Shown here: positions 1 to 11,623 of the stretch, in pieces
How the letters are laid out: each line of letters begins with the position of its first letter
Position numbering within the stretch: position 1 is the first letter of the stretch
Source: Mytilus californianus
Taxonomy: Eukaryota
Direction of reading: 5' to 3'
Length of the DNA stretch: 64,000 bases
NCBI RefSeq assembly: GCF_021869535.1
Contig: NW_026262740.1
Span: 124,001-188,000, forward strand
Notes under the pieces: model-generated
Databases searched by the model: none
The model's input: only the letters and a program-made list of their open reading frames with translations
Told to the model about the DNA's origin: nothing
Translations under genes and position numbers: made by a program

Positions 1-758
1 TCAGTCAGTCTGAAGTACAGGCAAGTGGATTCAAGATATCCTTGGGGACTAAAAGTCTATTAGATGTATCAATCCAGTAGTAGTAATCAAATTAACATTA
101 ACGGTACCAATTTAACTCTACCAGATCTGCATTTCGACAATCAATGATGATCGAGACCAATATATACTTGAGATTCAAAAACCGAATACAAACGTGTAAC
201 AGCTGATAAAACCAAAAAGACCGAAACGTACATCTAAACTCGGATAAGGAGCTATGCATGAGGATAAAACATTCTTTAATACAAAATGATTTAAAATTGT
301 TTAACAAAAATTCCAATAAAAAAATATCTGTATTTCCATGCCAGTACTGGGCAAACGATACCCTCGGATACGAAAGGTCCTCCAGCAGAAGTAAAGATCC
401 AGTGGTTATAATAACAACAACATTAACGGTAATAATTTTACTGCACCAGGAGCGCATTTCGACATACACGTTTGTTCACCGATGCTCGAGGCCAAACAAT
501 TTGAAAATACAAAATCCTATCAAAACGACGAAGTGGGGACTAAATCAAAATGACCAAAATGAAGCCAAACCTGGACAAGGAATCATAGCTATACACGAAG
601 GAGATACATTCCTTGCTTTAAGATGATTTCGAAATTTCATAACAACAATTTAAATCAAAATAATATTCGTGGTTTTCATGCAAATACCAATGTACTGGCT
701 ACTGGGCTAATGCTAACCTCGTGGTCAAAAAGTCCCCAAGCTGTTGTAATAATCTGAG
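1..758 (-). mobile_element. Degenerate head-to-tail retrozyme-like monomers (~325-bp period) with decayed hammerhead cores
   Basis: The block CCAG(A/G)..GC(A)TTTCGAC recurs at ~118-139 and ~446-463. The minus strand at ~440-490 reads GAGCATC-GGTGAACA-AAC-GTGTAT-GTC-GAAA-TGCGCT-CC-TGGTGC, a hammerhead layout with a mutated CUGANGA core. The TACTGGGC..ATACCCTCGG block also recurs at ~345 and ~700 and resembles the 3' part of the 1416-1716 copy. Confidence 0.6.
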
Positions 759-763
759 TTTAA

Positions 764-843
764 CCCCTAACACCGATCAATCAGTATTCTCCTTATAATT
801 TAAATGGATTGGTGATGTGAACTTGATTGATCGGTGTTAGGGG
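764..843. mobile_element. 80-bp micro-MITE with TTAA target duplication (piggyBac-like termini)
   Basis: TTAA(760-763)|CCCCTAACACCGATCAATCA...TGATTGATCGGTGTTAGGGG|TTAA(844-847): perfect 20-bp TIRs around a 40-bp spacer. Confidence 0.7.
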
Positions 844-1415
844 TTAACGACTACTGACTATCACTGAAACGGTAACGCATAAGGTTGCAATTGCAAGTAC
901 TATATCTGAAACTAGTTTATATGTAATTCTTTAAAAATATCTTACAGGTTAAATTTCGCATAACCTTCTAATAGGTTACGTATTTCAATAATCATACTTA
1001 TTTTATAATCAGTAGAACATTATGAAAGGTTTATCTACATTGTAATTATGTAGGTTTTTTTTTTAAATTATTATTTCTTTTTTTCAGGTTATTTTTATTT
1101 TTTATTTTTTTTTTCAGGTTACACGGATTCCTGACAGAGCGAACATAAGTACCAAGCAGGATGACCATAATCCAAGTAATATCATTGTTTACATATTTTC
1201 CTTTCGTATATTTATCTTTTAACCGGTTTCATTTTTTCTAGATCATATATTAATGGCGATATAACTCTTCAGTCCTGTCCTTAGAATATTCCTCTTTATG
1301 CAAAGGGAACAACAAAGAAAGGAGACGTTTCTTAATTCAGAAGAATAAAACATAGTTTTTTAAAAGTTTTTCAAATTAATGTTGTATTCATAAATATAGC
1401 TTTCCCCCAGCTATA

Positions 1416-1716
1416 GGTCCGAAGCGCTTTTCTGGATTTAACTTCATCAGGAACGCTCATAGTCGAATATTTCAAAGCCAAGGATGTATAAGGACCGAAC
1501 ACGTTGAAGAGCTTTTAACCAAAAAGGACCTAAAAATAGCCAAATCCATCCTAAGGCCAACTTTGCCTGAGGGGGTTGAATCCTTAGTTTCTGTATAATT
1601 TTAAGATTTATAAACTGTCAATTCTAGATAATTTGATATAAATCATGTCAGTACCGAAGTACTGATTACTGAGCTCATGATTCCCTCGGGAACTACACTT
1701 AACATATTTGACCTGA
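1416..1716 (-). mobile_element. Retrozyme-like monomer with a variant, degenerate type I hammerhead (1416-1458)
   Basis: The minus strand reads GAGCGTTC-CTGATGA-AGTTAAATCCA-GAAA-AGCGCT-TC-GGACC, with a palindromic stem III (AAGCGCTT). The body resembles the 18440 and 36843 copies. Confidence 0.65.
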
Positions 1717-2047
1717 TATGCTCATTTCACACAGGTTTTCGTCAATATATATTTATACATATGAATAACAGCTTTACTAAGAAAGATGTTATACAAACAT
1801 AACATATTTGTAAAATACAATTAGTTGCAACATGTCGTTCTACTGTTTCTCATATCAATTTATTAACGACAAGATCAAGAGTAGGGTATTTATTGTAGTT
1901 TTTTTTACATGTAAAAAGTTTTAGACTCGTAATGCAAATATAAATGACACCAATTCAAAAAGCAAATACTGATGTCCATTTGAACATCTGATGATTGTTA
2001 TAAGTAGGAATTAAAGGTGGTAAAGTGGCCTTATCATACAATTTCAT

Positions 2048-2458
2048 CCCCAAGGTGACAGGGGAATAGAAATATGGCCACTACAGGTCTTCTCCCGACC
2101 GGCAGGAAAACCCTTGGCACACTGGGGCGACCGTTTGGCTGAGTGGGATGTACAAGTACGCAGCCACGTCACGTTAAATCCAATTTCTCGTGTAAAGAGA
2201 GTGCCACGCTTTTTCCACGTTAAGAGAACCCTAATAACAATTCTTTGATGAGTCTATAGGTGGCCTCTTACAAGGAAAAATGTCTGCCCTATCCAACTAA
2301 CCCTCAATTTGCAGTGGCAGTCTAAATTTTCACAACCTTCATCCCGGATGTCCTCTATTACAGCACCTGTATATTGTATTTACTGTTATTTTGTCCTCGT
2401 CCTGAACAAGCATGAAATATTTGATACTGGACGTTAGCAACCAACAATCGATCAATCG
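2048..2458 (+). mobile_element. ~420-bp SINE-like element, older copy
   Basis: Starts CCCCAAGG..GACAGGGG and ends GACGTTAGCAACCAACAATCGATCAATC. Homologous along its length to the young copies (e.g. 32881-33308). Confidence 0.85.
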
Positions 2459-2998
2459 TAACATTCTCCTTGAAGCGGTTGAAATAATACAGATGTGAAT
2501 TTAGGGATATATATGTATAAACGTTTCTAATTTCATGATTTATGATGAATTAAGAAATTACTAACAAAATAAAGCTTCCCACTACCTGAAGCAAAGATGA
2601 AATTACTGATGTAGATGTAGATGAATTTGGTCTTTTTATGGTCTTTTGGTGATAAATCCCCTAACGTTTCAACATATCTTTACATCCCAGGATATCAATA
2701 ACATTTAAATAAAATGTTGAAGGGTTGATAAAACGAAGAGGAATCAAAAGTAACGCCAAAACTGAACTCAATGTTACAGTTTGAGATTTCCTGATTAATA
2801 AAAATCAAGAAAAACACTTCCGAGACAAGACATTGGTAAAGTGTTATTTTCATTTACCTGCACTGGATTGATACCAGTGCTGCAGGGTGATCTGTTTAAT
2901 CCCCGAGCTCAGTCGGCAATGTTTCAATTCCACCTTGATCAATTATGATTTTTTTTAAGAAGAAAACGTTCCAACTCACTCGGGCAAAGCCTAATTCG

Positions 2999-3320
2999 AT
3001 TGATTGTTTATTAGCTGTTTAACGTTCAGTGGCAAATATTTCATGTATGTTCAGGACGAGATCAATATATCAATGAAAACAATAGCAAGGTCCTGTAATA
3101 AAAGACGTCCGGGATGAAGGTCGGGGAGAAATTTAGACTGCCATTGTGCAATGAGGGTTTATTACACAGGGACAAAATTTTGCCTTGCAACAGGACCCCT
3201 TAAAGAGTTATTGCAAGGGTTTTACACGTGAAGAGAGCGTGGCACTCTCTACACGAGGCATCGGATTAAACGTTCCTATTCTGACCGGATGTGGCTGTGT
3301 ACTTGTACATCCTGTACAGC
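2999..3320 (-). mobile_element. SINE-like element, 5'-truncated and degraded
   Basis: (GATT)n tail and TTAACGTTCAGTGGCAAATATTTCATG motif; homology stops near CTTGTACATCC. Confidence 0.8.
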
Positions 3321-3705
3321 TAAACTGACGCTTTACTTAAACTGATCTTTCATACATGTTTCTTTGATGTCGTATGGGTTTTACCCCCTGTTGAAGGCAG
3401 AACGGTGACAGGTAGCTGTTTATTTCTATGTCAATTGGTTTCTGAAAGAGAGTTGTCTCATTCGCAATCAAACGAAATTTTTATTATTTTTCTCTAAGTT
3501 CAGAATAGAGATAAACACGTGTACCAATAGAAAATTGAAGTTAATTTAATAGTTAACGAAGTTTTTCGCAAAATGACGATTAACTTACATAACCCTTGGA
3601 ATGTCTTGGTGGGTCAAATATATGATTCATTGGTCGCTGATTACCGGAATCAAAAAGTAAAAAAAATCAAAACGGCATGTATGGTAGGGAAAGGTATTAT
3701 AATAT

Positions 3706-4080
3706 TGATTGATTGCTCGAGTTTTAATTGCTTAACGTTCAGGGGAAAATATTTCATGCATATTCAGGAAGATACACTATCAACAATTAATGCAATATGT
3801 AGGTTCTGTCAGTAAGGCCTCCCGAGTCGAAGAAATTTGGACTGTCAATGGAAATGAGGGTATGCTGGATAGAGGGTCGACATTTAACCTTGCAACATGC
3901 TAACTCTTGATCCTCCAATGAGGTGTTCCAATGGTTCTTTAACGAGCAGAGAACATGACATTGGACGGGATTGCGTAGTTAAACATCCCACACAACCAAA
4001 CAGACGCCCCACTTTGATAAAGATGTTACTGCCGATCGGGATACCAGGGACAATATTTATATGACCCATTCATCCCTGTT
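3706..4080 (-). mobile_element. SINE-like element, highly degraded
   Basis: GATTGATTG tail, TGCTTAACGTTCAGGGGAAAATATTTCATGCATATTCAGGA and AACAGACGCCCCACTTTG motifs. Confidence 0.7.
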
Positions 4081-4819
4081 GTTTAGGTATATCAGTGATA
4101 TTACATTTAAGTCTTCGACTGGTATGAAAATAAAGAGTATTCTGAATCTTGACAGCCTCATACATGGTCAACAATTTTGCTTCGAATAGGCAACTCCACA
4201 AATGTTGTAATTGGAAGCTGCAGAAACCGTGTCATTACCATACATAATATTCAACTTCTCAATTCTGATCTGACGTAAATGCGCATGTTGACATCCCACA
4301 GAAATACGCGAAGCCTCTCGAGGCGAAACCTTGCTTCTTAAACGAAGAGATTTGTGCGGTTAGTAGGGGGCTTTCTTGCAAAACTTGCTACATGCCAGAT
4401 GTTTGTCAAACCGAAATACATCATGTACTAAGATGTACATAAATATAATATTCATTTACCTCCTATTATAAACAAAAAACAAAACAGAAACATAGTTTAA
4501 TTCATGAAGAATATTTTTTAAAATATTTTTCAATGAAACTAAACATCGGCCACCACAATCCGCAGAGACACATGTTTTCTGAATTGTAAGCTCGTTAAAG
4601 ATCGATTAACTGTTGTTTGCTTTACCTTCATTGGCAAATGTTTCGTTCATGTTCAAGACGAGAACAAATTAAGAATACCTTTAAAATGCAAGTACTGTAA
4701 AGTAAGACAATTTAAACCCGCTCTACTAGCCAACATCTCCGATGTTTTTCTACTTTAATTATTTTGACCGATTAAATTCGATGTTTGTTTTCTTTACAAC
4801 TCACAACCCCCTTTCTCAA

Positions 4820-5200
4820 AAAGGGTGATTGGGGAATATAAATATGGTCACCATTGGTCTTCCTCTGACCAGCAGTAAAACCCTCGCCAAAGCGGGACGT
4901 CCGTGCGGAAGTAACAAGTTTGCAGTCACGTCCGATCAGAATGGGGACGTTAAATGCGTCGTGTAAAGAGATTGCCACGCTCTTTAAACGTTAAGAACCT
5001 TTGCAACAACGATTTGCGGGGTCAGTATATGACCTGTTGCGAGGCAAAATGTCTGTCCCTATCCAGGATATCCTCATTTTCCCGTGGCAGTGCAAATCAA
5101 CCAGGATGACCTCTGTTACAGGACCTACCTATTGTATGTATTGTTAATTCTCGTCAATAACATGCATGAAATATTTGTCACTGGACGTTAAGTAACCAAA
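4820..5200 (+). mobile_element. SINE-like element, degraded; absent from the paralogous intron upstream of NHL copy B
   Basis: AAGGGTGATTGGGGAATA 5' motif through GAAATATTTGTCACTGGACGTTAAG 3' motif. Confidence 0.8.
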
Positions 5201-6065
5201 AATCATTCATATTGCGTGTCTATATGTCATTTTGGTTTTCTTTGTTTCATCAATTTGTACGTAATCACGACCCTTGAACATATTTCATGACAAACTTATT
5301 ACCCGTTCATATATTTAAATATTTTATTGTGATTTTACTTTTTATATAATTATCAGTACATTCATCTGAATTTGATTTAAAAACAGAAAAAAAAACAAGC
5401 ATACAGATATTCAATCGAAAGATAAAAATAACCGACTCATTTACATTTTACCTTGGTGGAATTGCAACCCACTGATATATCTGACACATCAAAAAGACAC
5501 CTATTTCAGCGAAACGTCTATGTAAAACTTTCATATAGAAAGACCACCCACCTTTTTTTCCCCTCGTGATTAGGACAAAGGAAGCATATACATATATTTG
5601 TGTTAAAATACACACAGATTTACAATTCTTGGGTCAAACAAATATCTTCTCCCACTACATTGGTGTATCCAGTACATGCCTATGCTCTACACATATCTGT
5701 TTTTCAATCTCTGTCATTTTTACATTTTTTTCCGATTTTCCTTGGATTATATGCTGTTCTCGATTATGCTAAGCTCGAATTAGAGCTTTAACGAGCTTTC
5801 AAACTTGAAAGTGAATATAACACTTATAAAAATAAATAACATCCGAGAGTGAAAAATTCAATACCTCATATAGAGTGTGCAAAACAAAAGAAACTCTAAA
5901 CCCTTTTAGCGGTAAACTGCATTTTAGATTAAGCAATACATTGTTGAAATAACCAACTCGATACTTGATTATATATTTCAGAAAATGAACCAAAAACAGA
6001 AGCTCAGGACCAAACATCTGTCAAAACCAACCTTCCTGATTCTGTCAATTTGCGTCAAGAGTTAA

Positions 6066-8676
6066 GGGGACGACCATTTGATATTCTGGGGGGGGCCAGG
6101 AGGATTTTGAAAATAAATAACTCAGCCTTGATAATCACAAAAATAAATGGTTTGTTCTGTGGTAGTTCGAAAATAAATAACCTGACTTACAATGTATTGA
6201 AAATAAATAACTCGGCAGGTCTTTAAGCCATTTTATAAATGCTATTCGAAAGTATGAGGTGGCACCAGATTCTTCATAAAATTCATCTTTTTTTCAAAAA
6301 AAATTCGGGAAACACTTCCCAAATCTTTTAATAATAAAGGTATAAATACATGTATCATTTAAATATACTTGAAATGACTGAAAATGGGTTTCATTTAACT
6401 TTAGGTATATTGGCTCAGGAACACTTACCTCACTTTTATTCCAGGGCTGTAACTACATTGAGGCAAATGCCTTTATGTAGAAAATTTTAAAACCAAAAGC
6501 TTGTCTTCATATCAAATTGTTTTCACAGCGAGTTTTTGCAAGAATCAAGTTCTGTTCTCCCTTGGACGTAGCACCTGTTTTTTCGGGATCAATGTTTCTT
6601 TAAATTTGTCTTTTGTTCATTGATTGTCCTTCTGTATTCTCTTAGTGTTGCATTCCTTTTGTGATTTATTAATTTTGTTTTCAACTTGATCATGAGTTTT
6701 ATTGTCGAGCCTGCGACTTTTGTCGCAGAAAGCTCGACATAGGGATAGCGATCTGGCGGCGGCGTTAGCTAACTTCTTAAAAGCTTTATATTTTAGAAGA
6801 TGGAAGACCTGGATGCTTCATACTTTGTATATGGATGCCTCATGTTACGAAGTTTCCGTCAGTCACATGTCCAATGTCCTTGACCTCATTTTCATGGTTC
6901 AGTGACTACTTGAAAAAAAAGTTCAGATTTTTTGTAATGTTAAATTCTCTCTTATTATAAGTAATAGGATAACTATATTTGGTATGTGCGTACCTTGCAA
7001 GGTCCTCATGCCCGTCAGACATTTTTCACTTGATCTCGACCTCATTTCATGGATCAGTGAACAAGGTTAAGTTTTCGTGGTCAAGTCCATATCTCAGATA
7101 CTATAAGCAATAGGTCTAGTATATTCGGTGTATGGAAGGACAGTAAAGTGTACATGTCCAACTGGCAGGTGTCATCTGACCTTGACCTCATTTTCATGGT
7201 TCAGTGGTTATAGTTAAGTTTTTGTGTTTTGGTCTGTTTTTCTTATACTGTATGCAATAGGTCAGCTATATTTGGTGTATGGAATGATTGTAAGGTGTAC
7301 ATGTCTAGCTGGCAGGTGTCATCTTACCTTGACCTCATTTTCATGGTTCAGTGGTCAAAGTTAAGTTTTTGAGTTTTGGTCTTTTTTTCTAATACTATAT
7401 GCAATAGTTCAACTATATTTGGTGTATGGAAATATTTTATGATCTATATGTCAGTCAGGCAGGTTTTATTTGACCTTGACCTCATTTTCAAGGTCATTGC
7501 TCAGTGTTAAGTTTTTGTGTTTTCGTCTGTTTTTCTTAAACTATAAGCAATAGGTCAACTATATTTGTTGTATGGAAGAATTGTTAGCTGTACATGCCTG
7601 CCTAGCATGGTTCATCTGACCTTGACCTCATTTTCATGGTTCATTGGTCAATGTTTAGTTTACTTGGTTAATGTTAAGTTTATGTGACAGTTGTAATAAA
7701 GCTTTATATTTAGGACTATCAACATAATATCAATGATTAGTAAAGAAGGCGAGACATTTCAGCGTGTGCACTCTTGTTTTATTTAGGACTTGTTAGCTAA
7801 TTTTACAACTTAACTACTTTAAATTGTATCCCAGTTAAGAGCTACATCAAGTTGTAATTGAAATGTGTTATTAAAAATTACTTGACATAGTTATATCACT
7901 GATAATCAGCCCCCTCTTAATTTAATTTGAATAAAACCCCATATAATTTACAGGTATAAAAGATTTAAATGCCGAAACAACAACAAAAAAAAAAAAAACC
8001 AGCAGCCACATACCTAACTATGTGAATTACATTTTTACTTTATTCTTCATATTGGTCTTTTGATGTTGTCCACAAAAACTTAAGTCTTACGCTGAATCTA
8101 TACATTTTGCTTTGAGACCAAAATATTGTCAAAAAATTATTAAAACAGAACTTGCGTTTTCAGAATAAGAAAGGGTCTGGGAACGCCCAGAAAGCACGAT
8201 TTTGCATCATTTGTTCTATAGTTTCTTTGGGCCTTCAGCAGCATTCAAAACTCTTCAAAATTTTTTTGCCTCGCTCCGCTCGGCGTAAATATATTTCGCA
8301 ATGCTTTTAAAAGAGGCTAGTACGTCACAGCACAACTCTAATACCGTGTATGTATGCAATACATGTATATGCAGTTTGGAATTCAGAAGATTCATTTCCG
8401 CAGAGGAGGATGATTAATTCTGATTAAATGGTACATTAATGACTTGACTGTACATGTATTATTTATAATAAAAAATGAATTTAAAAATTGTATGTTTTCA
8501 AATATTATTAATATAGTTATGAAAATAAATAATCAGTCCCTTGTTTTAATGAAAATGAAAAATCTTGCTTCAACAGTGCAGAAAATAAATAATCTGTCCT
8601 CTTAGTTTACAAAAATAAATAACCGATCCAAAACAAATCCTCCTGGCCCCCCCCAGAATATCAAATGGTCGTCCCC
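6066..8676. mobile_element. Non-autonomous PIF/Harbinger-type DNA transposon (2611 bp)
   Basis: 42-bp TIRs GGGGACGACCATTTGATATTCTG(G)8CCAGGAGGATTT at 6066-6107 and 8635-8676. TAA duplication at 6063-6065 and 8677-8679; the empty site GTTAAATAT is present in paralog B. A 3-bp TAA/TTA TSD with GGG termini is typical of PIF/Harbinger. No transposase ORF inside. Confidence 0.85.
6697..7777 (+). mobile_element. Nested satellite-carrying element (Helentron/HINE-like) inside the Harbinger-type element
   Basis: 5' nested hairpin GTCGAGC-CTGCGAC-TTTT-GTCGCAG-AAA-GCTCGAC (6704-6738). About 4-5 internal ~147-bp repeats carrying TGACCTTGACCTCATTTTCATGG. T-rich flanks (TTTTATT on both sides). The family assignment is inference. 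Confidence 0.6.
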
Positions 8677-10145
8677 TAAATATCCAAAAGTCAAAGAATG
8701 AAAATCCGTCCATTACTGGCTGTATCAAAATAGACAATACATTAGTGTTTACCGACTGTAGGAATAACCGACTTATTATTTGTAATTCAGACGGTACTGA
8801 TATCCATCACATTCCTCTGTCCTATATACCATGGTATATGACAGTGATAAATATTAATACTGTAGCAGTATCCTGTGTATATAACAGAACCATACTGATA
8901 ATAAATATATCTACAGGTTCTGTCACCAGTACAATCAACACCAGTGGTTACTGCTACGGAATATCATATAATGATAATAACCTGTACGTTGTTATTGATA
9001 GGACTATAATACATGTGATGGACCTGACAGGTAAAGTAATACGTACTATACCTTTACCTCCAGCCCGTATCACCGACATTACAGTAGACAGAGACAGGTT
9101 GGTTTGTATAGACGATACATCAATATACTGCTGCTCGTTAGATGGAAAACCAATTTGGAAGTTTAAAAAGGATAAATTTCAGGATTTAGTTTATGTGACA
9201 ACAGATAATGAGAGGAATGTCTATGTGACTAATTATAAGACCAACACTGTAGAAGTTATATCAGATGATGGTAAACATCACAGAGAACTTCTTACTAAAT
9301 CAGATGGATTGAATGGGCCGTGGGGAATTTATTTTGACAAAAAAGAAAATATTCTGCTTGTTTGTAATTATTATAACGGAAAGGTTTTTCTTTTTGACGT
9401 GAAAAGGAAATCAACATAAATAAACATGAATAATTCTTTCAGACAATGAGTTTATTCGGACTCGGGTCTGTTTGTGCATTTTGTCATTCAAAATAACTTC
9501 TCTTTATTTTTATTTTCTATACTATCAATTACTGATTGTCATGATCTGTACAGTTGTATTCTGTATTCAAAGTAAGGACAATATTAACAATTTATTATGT
9601 TCATGTTTTTTGTGATTAACATCTTTTTTTTTGTATGTGTGACAACAATTCAACTTTAAATTGAAATTTAGAGAAATGTTACAAAGACATGTTGTGACAA
9701 CACATCAACTTTATATTGAAATTTAGAGAAATGTTACAAAGACATGTTGTTCTTTGATTCACGTCAATTTGGGGTTTGATAGTTGGAGAAAAAAATTATA
9801 ATGCAAGTTATATATCATCACATCTTTCAAAACCACATATAAATTGTTTAAGACAATTATTCGAAATACAGACATTCTCTTTACGGATGTGTAGGTTGTA
9901 AATAAAATCTTTACAAATTTAAAATTGTATTGTGTCGTTCACCCCGGTAGTCTTACATGTACATTTTAAATACAAATAATTCAGATATATACATCGTTTA
10001 TTTGTTCTCATCCTGAACATGTATAATATATTTGCCACTGAACGATATACAACCAACAGATAAACCAATTAATTATTTTATTCATACCAAACTATATCAC
10101 ATTTTTTAAGTTTATCAATGTGTTTATTTCTTAATTTGATGACAG

Positions 10146-10189
10146 GAAATGCGCGTCTAGCGAACACAATTATAAGCCTGGTATCTTTG
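10146..10189 (+). CDS. Internal exon 1 of predicted NHL gene B (KCASSEHNYKPGIF)
   Basis: AG at 10144-10145, donor GTGAGT at 10190; phase 2 in, phase 1 out, compatible with the next exon. Confidence 0.5.
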
Positions 10190-10400
10190 GTGAGTTTTTG
10201 CAACCACTGTGATGATGCCACTGCTGTAGGACGTTTAGTCTCTGAGGATATCGCCAGACCAGTAGGCAGCCTCTTCAATTGACATGAATATTATCATATA
10301 TTCATTTGTCATTGCTGTATTGTTTCGGCATTTTGAACGCGTAAATACCAAAACACCAACCGCGTTATTATTGAATATCATAATTACCTTTTTTTTTAAG

Positions 10401-10502
10401 AAACTCTTCATAGTATAGTTAACAAGATAAATGTAATGGTCAACATATTTGGTAGTGAGGAGAATGTGGAAATATTTGATGATACTGAACTAGTAACGGA
10501 AG
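10401..10502 (+). CDS. Internal exon 2 of predicted NHL gene B (ETLHSIVNKINVMVNIFGSEENVEIFDDTELVTE)
   Basis: Acceptor T-run+AAG at 10400, donor GTATGC at 10503; 102 nt, phase 1-1, open. Confidence 0.65.
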
Positions 10503-10679
10503 GTATGCATTCTAACGAAGAATATTTTATTTCAATATTTTAAATTATGTATTATTTCGAATTAAGTGCTACACTATGAATATCAAATATTCTATTAGAT
10601 TCTGTCAATGTCTTGTGATCTTTGTAAATCAACACGATATATAGAAAATTATTGATTAGTTTTTATTCTGATGTTTCAG

Positions 10680-10988
10680 ACAACAAGAGAATCCTTATAC
10701 CGGTTTTCATGCAACTTGACATTCCGACTTCATGGGATAAAACAAAAGTTTTTGAAGCTATAGATGAATTCAGATTAACCGGAACACCAGACATGAATAT
10801 CCGAATTAAAGCTATTTCCATCGATGACCTCAACATGTATGCAGAAATAGCAAAGCAGGTCCTATGTAATGTTCATGAACTTCGTTCCGAAATTAACAAA
10901 CTTATGTCTACGATGCTATCAGAAGCGGATATTGATACAAAAGAACATGCAGAATTGTGTGTTAACTTAAATGTACCAGACAGATCAG
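10680..10988 (+). CDS. Internal exon 3 of predicted NHL gene B (uncharacterised ~103-aa domain, DNKRILIPVFMQLDIP...VPDRS)
   Basis: Acceptor TTTCAG at 10679, donor GTAATT at 10989; 309 nt, phase 1-1, matches ORF 10652-10999. Phase-compatible with the NHL exon acceptor at 21758. Confidence 0.75.
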
Positions 10989-11623
10989 GTAATTTTTAAT
11001 TTTTGATATCCTTAATAAGAAAATCAGAAATACTTTAAAGTACCAGTTAGACCAGGATATTTTTTTCTTTTTGAGATGGCAATCAGAAAAATAGTCAAGT
11101 TGAAAACAACTTTAATTGATTGCCCTCATACCTAATAAATTTGGCCCATTATGACAGTATTACAGAATTTATAAGAAGTAGTTGAATGCACTACTAATTC
11201 TCTAACTTAAACCATTTCTGTTGAAAAGACTGTCTATTTTACATTTTGACAATAATTCAAGAGTTTTACATAGACATAGTTTCATATTTTGTCAATTCTA
11301 TTATTTAATGATTGGAAATGTGTATATCAAAACGGTTCACATTGAGGAATCCAACAAGTTAACAAAAGTTACATATAATTTAATTGTGTATACACCTGTT
11401 ACAGGTTGATTATGCAATTGGTCCGAGAGCATATTCTATTATAAATGTTAGACATTTTACACAACTAAGATTTAGCAATTATGTGAAAATATCTTATTTT
11501 TACTTTTTTGTAATACCACCTCGCTAAAAGCCTTCATCGTAAAGTAATTGGATACGAAAGTCATAACGGTAAAATATATATATGCATACAGCGGGATTCT
11601 AGTCTTGTACACGATTGGTATTG

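Larger units (their letters stand above)
5982..9419 (+). pseudogene. NHL-type beta-propeller terminal exon (bivalve TRIM2/3/71-like family), copy A, interrupted by a DNA transposon
   Basis: Acceptor TTTCAG at 5976-5981. Coding 5982-6065 (NEPKTEAQDQTSVKTNLPDSVNLRQEL) resumes at 8680. Removing 6066-8679 restores one open frame (..QELNIQKSKNENPSITGCIKIDNTLVFTDC..KRKST*) collinear with copy B. Propeller motifs: DNERNVYVTNYKTNTVEVIS, GLNGPWGIYFD. Read-through into the insert hits TGA at 6108-6110. Confidence 0.85.

Noticed and set aside
75-470. Duplicated Asn-rich peptide (NINGNNFTAPGAHFD / NINGTNLTLPDLHFD) as an amyloid or RHIM-like exon
   Set aside because: Frames are interrupted by stops, and the conserved bases are explained by the hammerhead stem I/III of retrozyme monomers on the opposite strand.
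6061-8696. Harbinger insert acting as a new intron (introner-like rescue)
   Set aside because: The nearest GT (6061) leaves phase 2, while the nearest AGs (8690, 8696) resume in phase 0 and lack a pyrimidine tract, so simple splicing does not restore the frame.
9638-9752. 55-bp tandem duplication downstream of NHL copy A
   Set aside because: Simple two-copy slippage duplication with no further structure.
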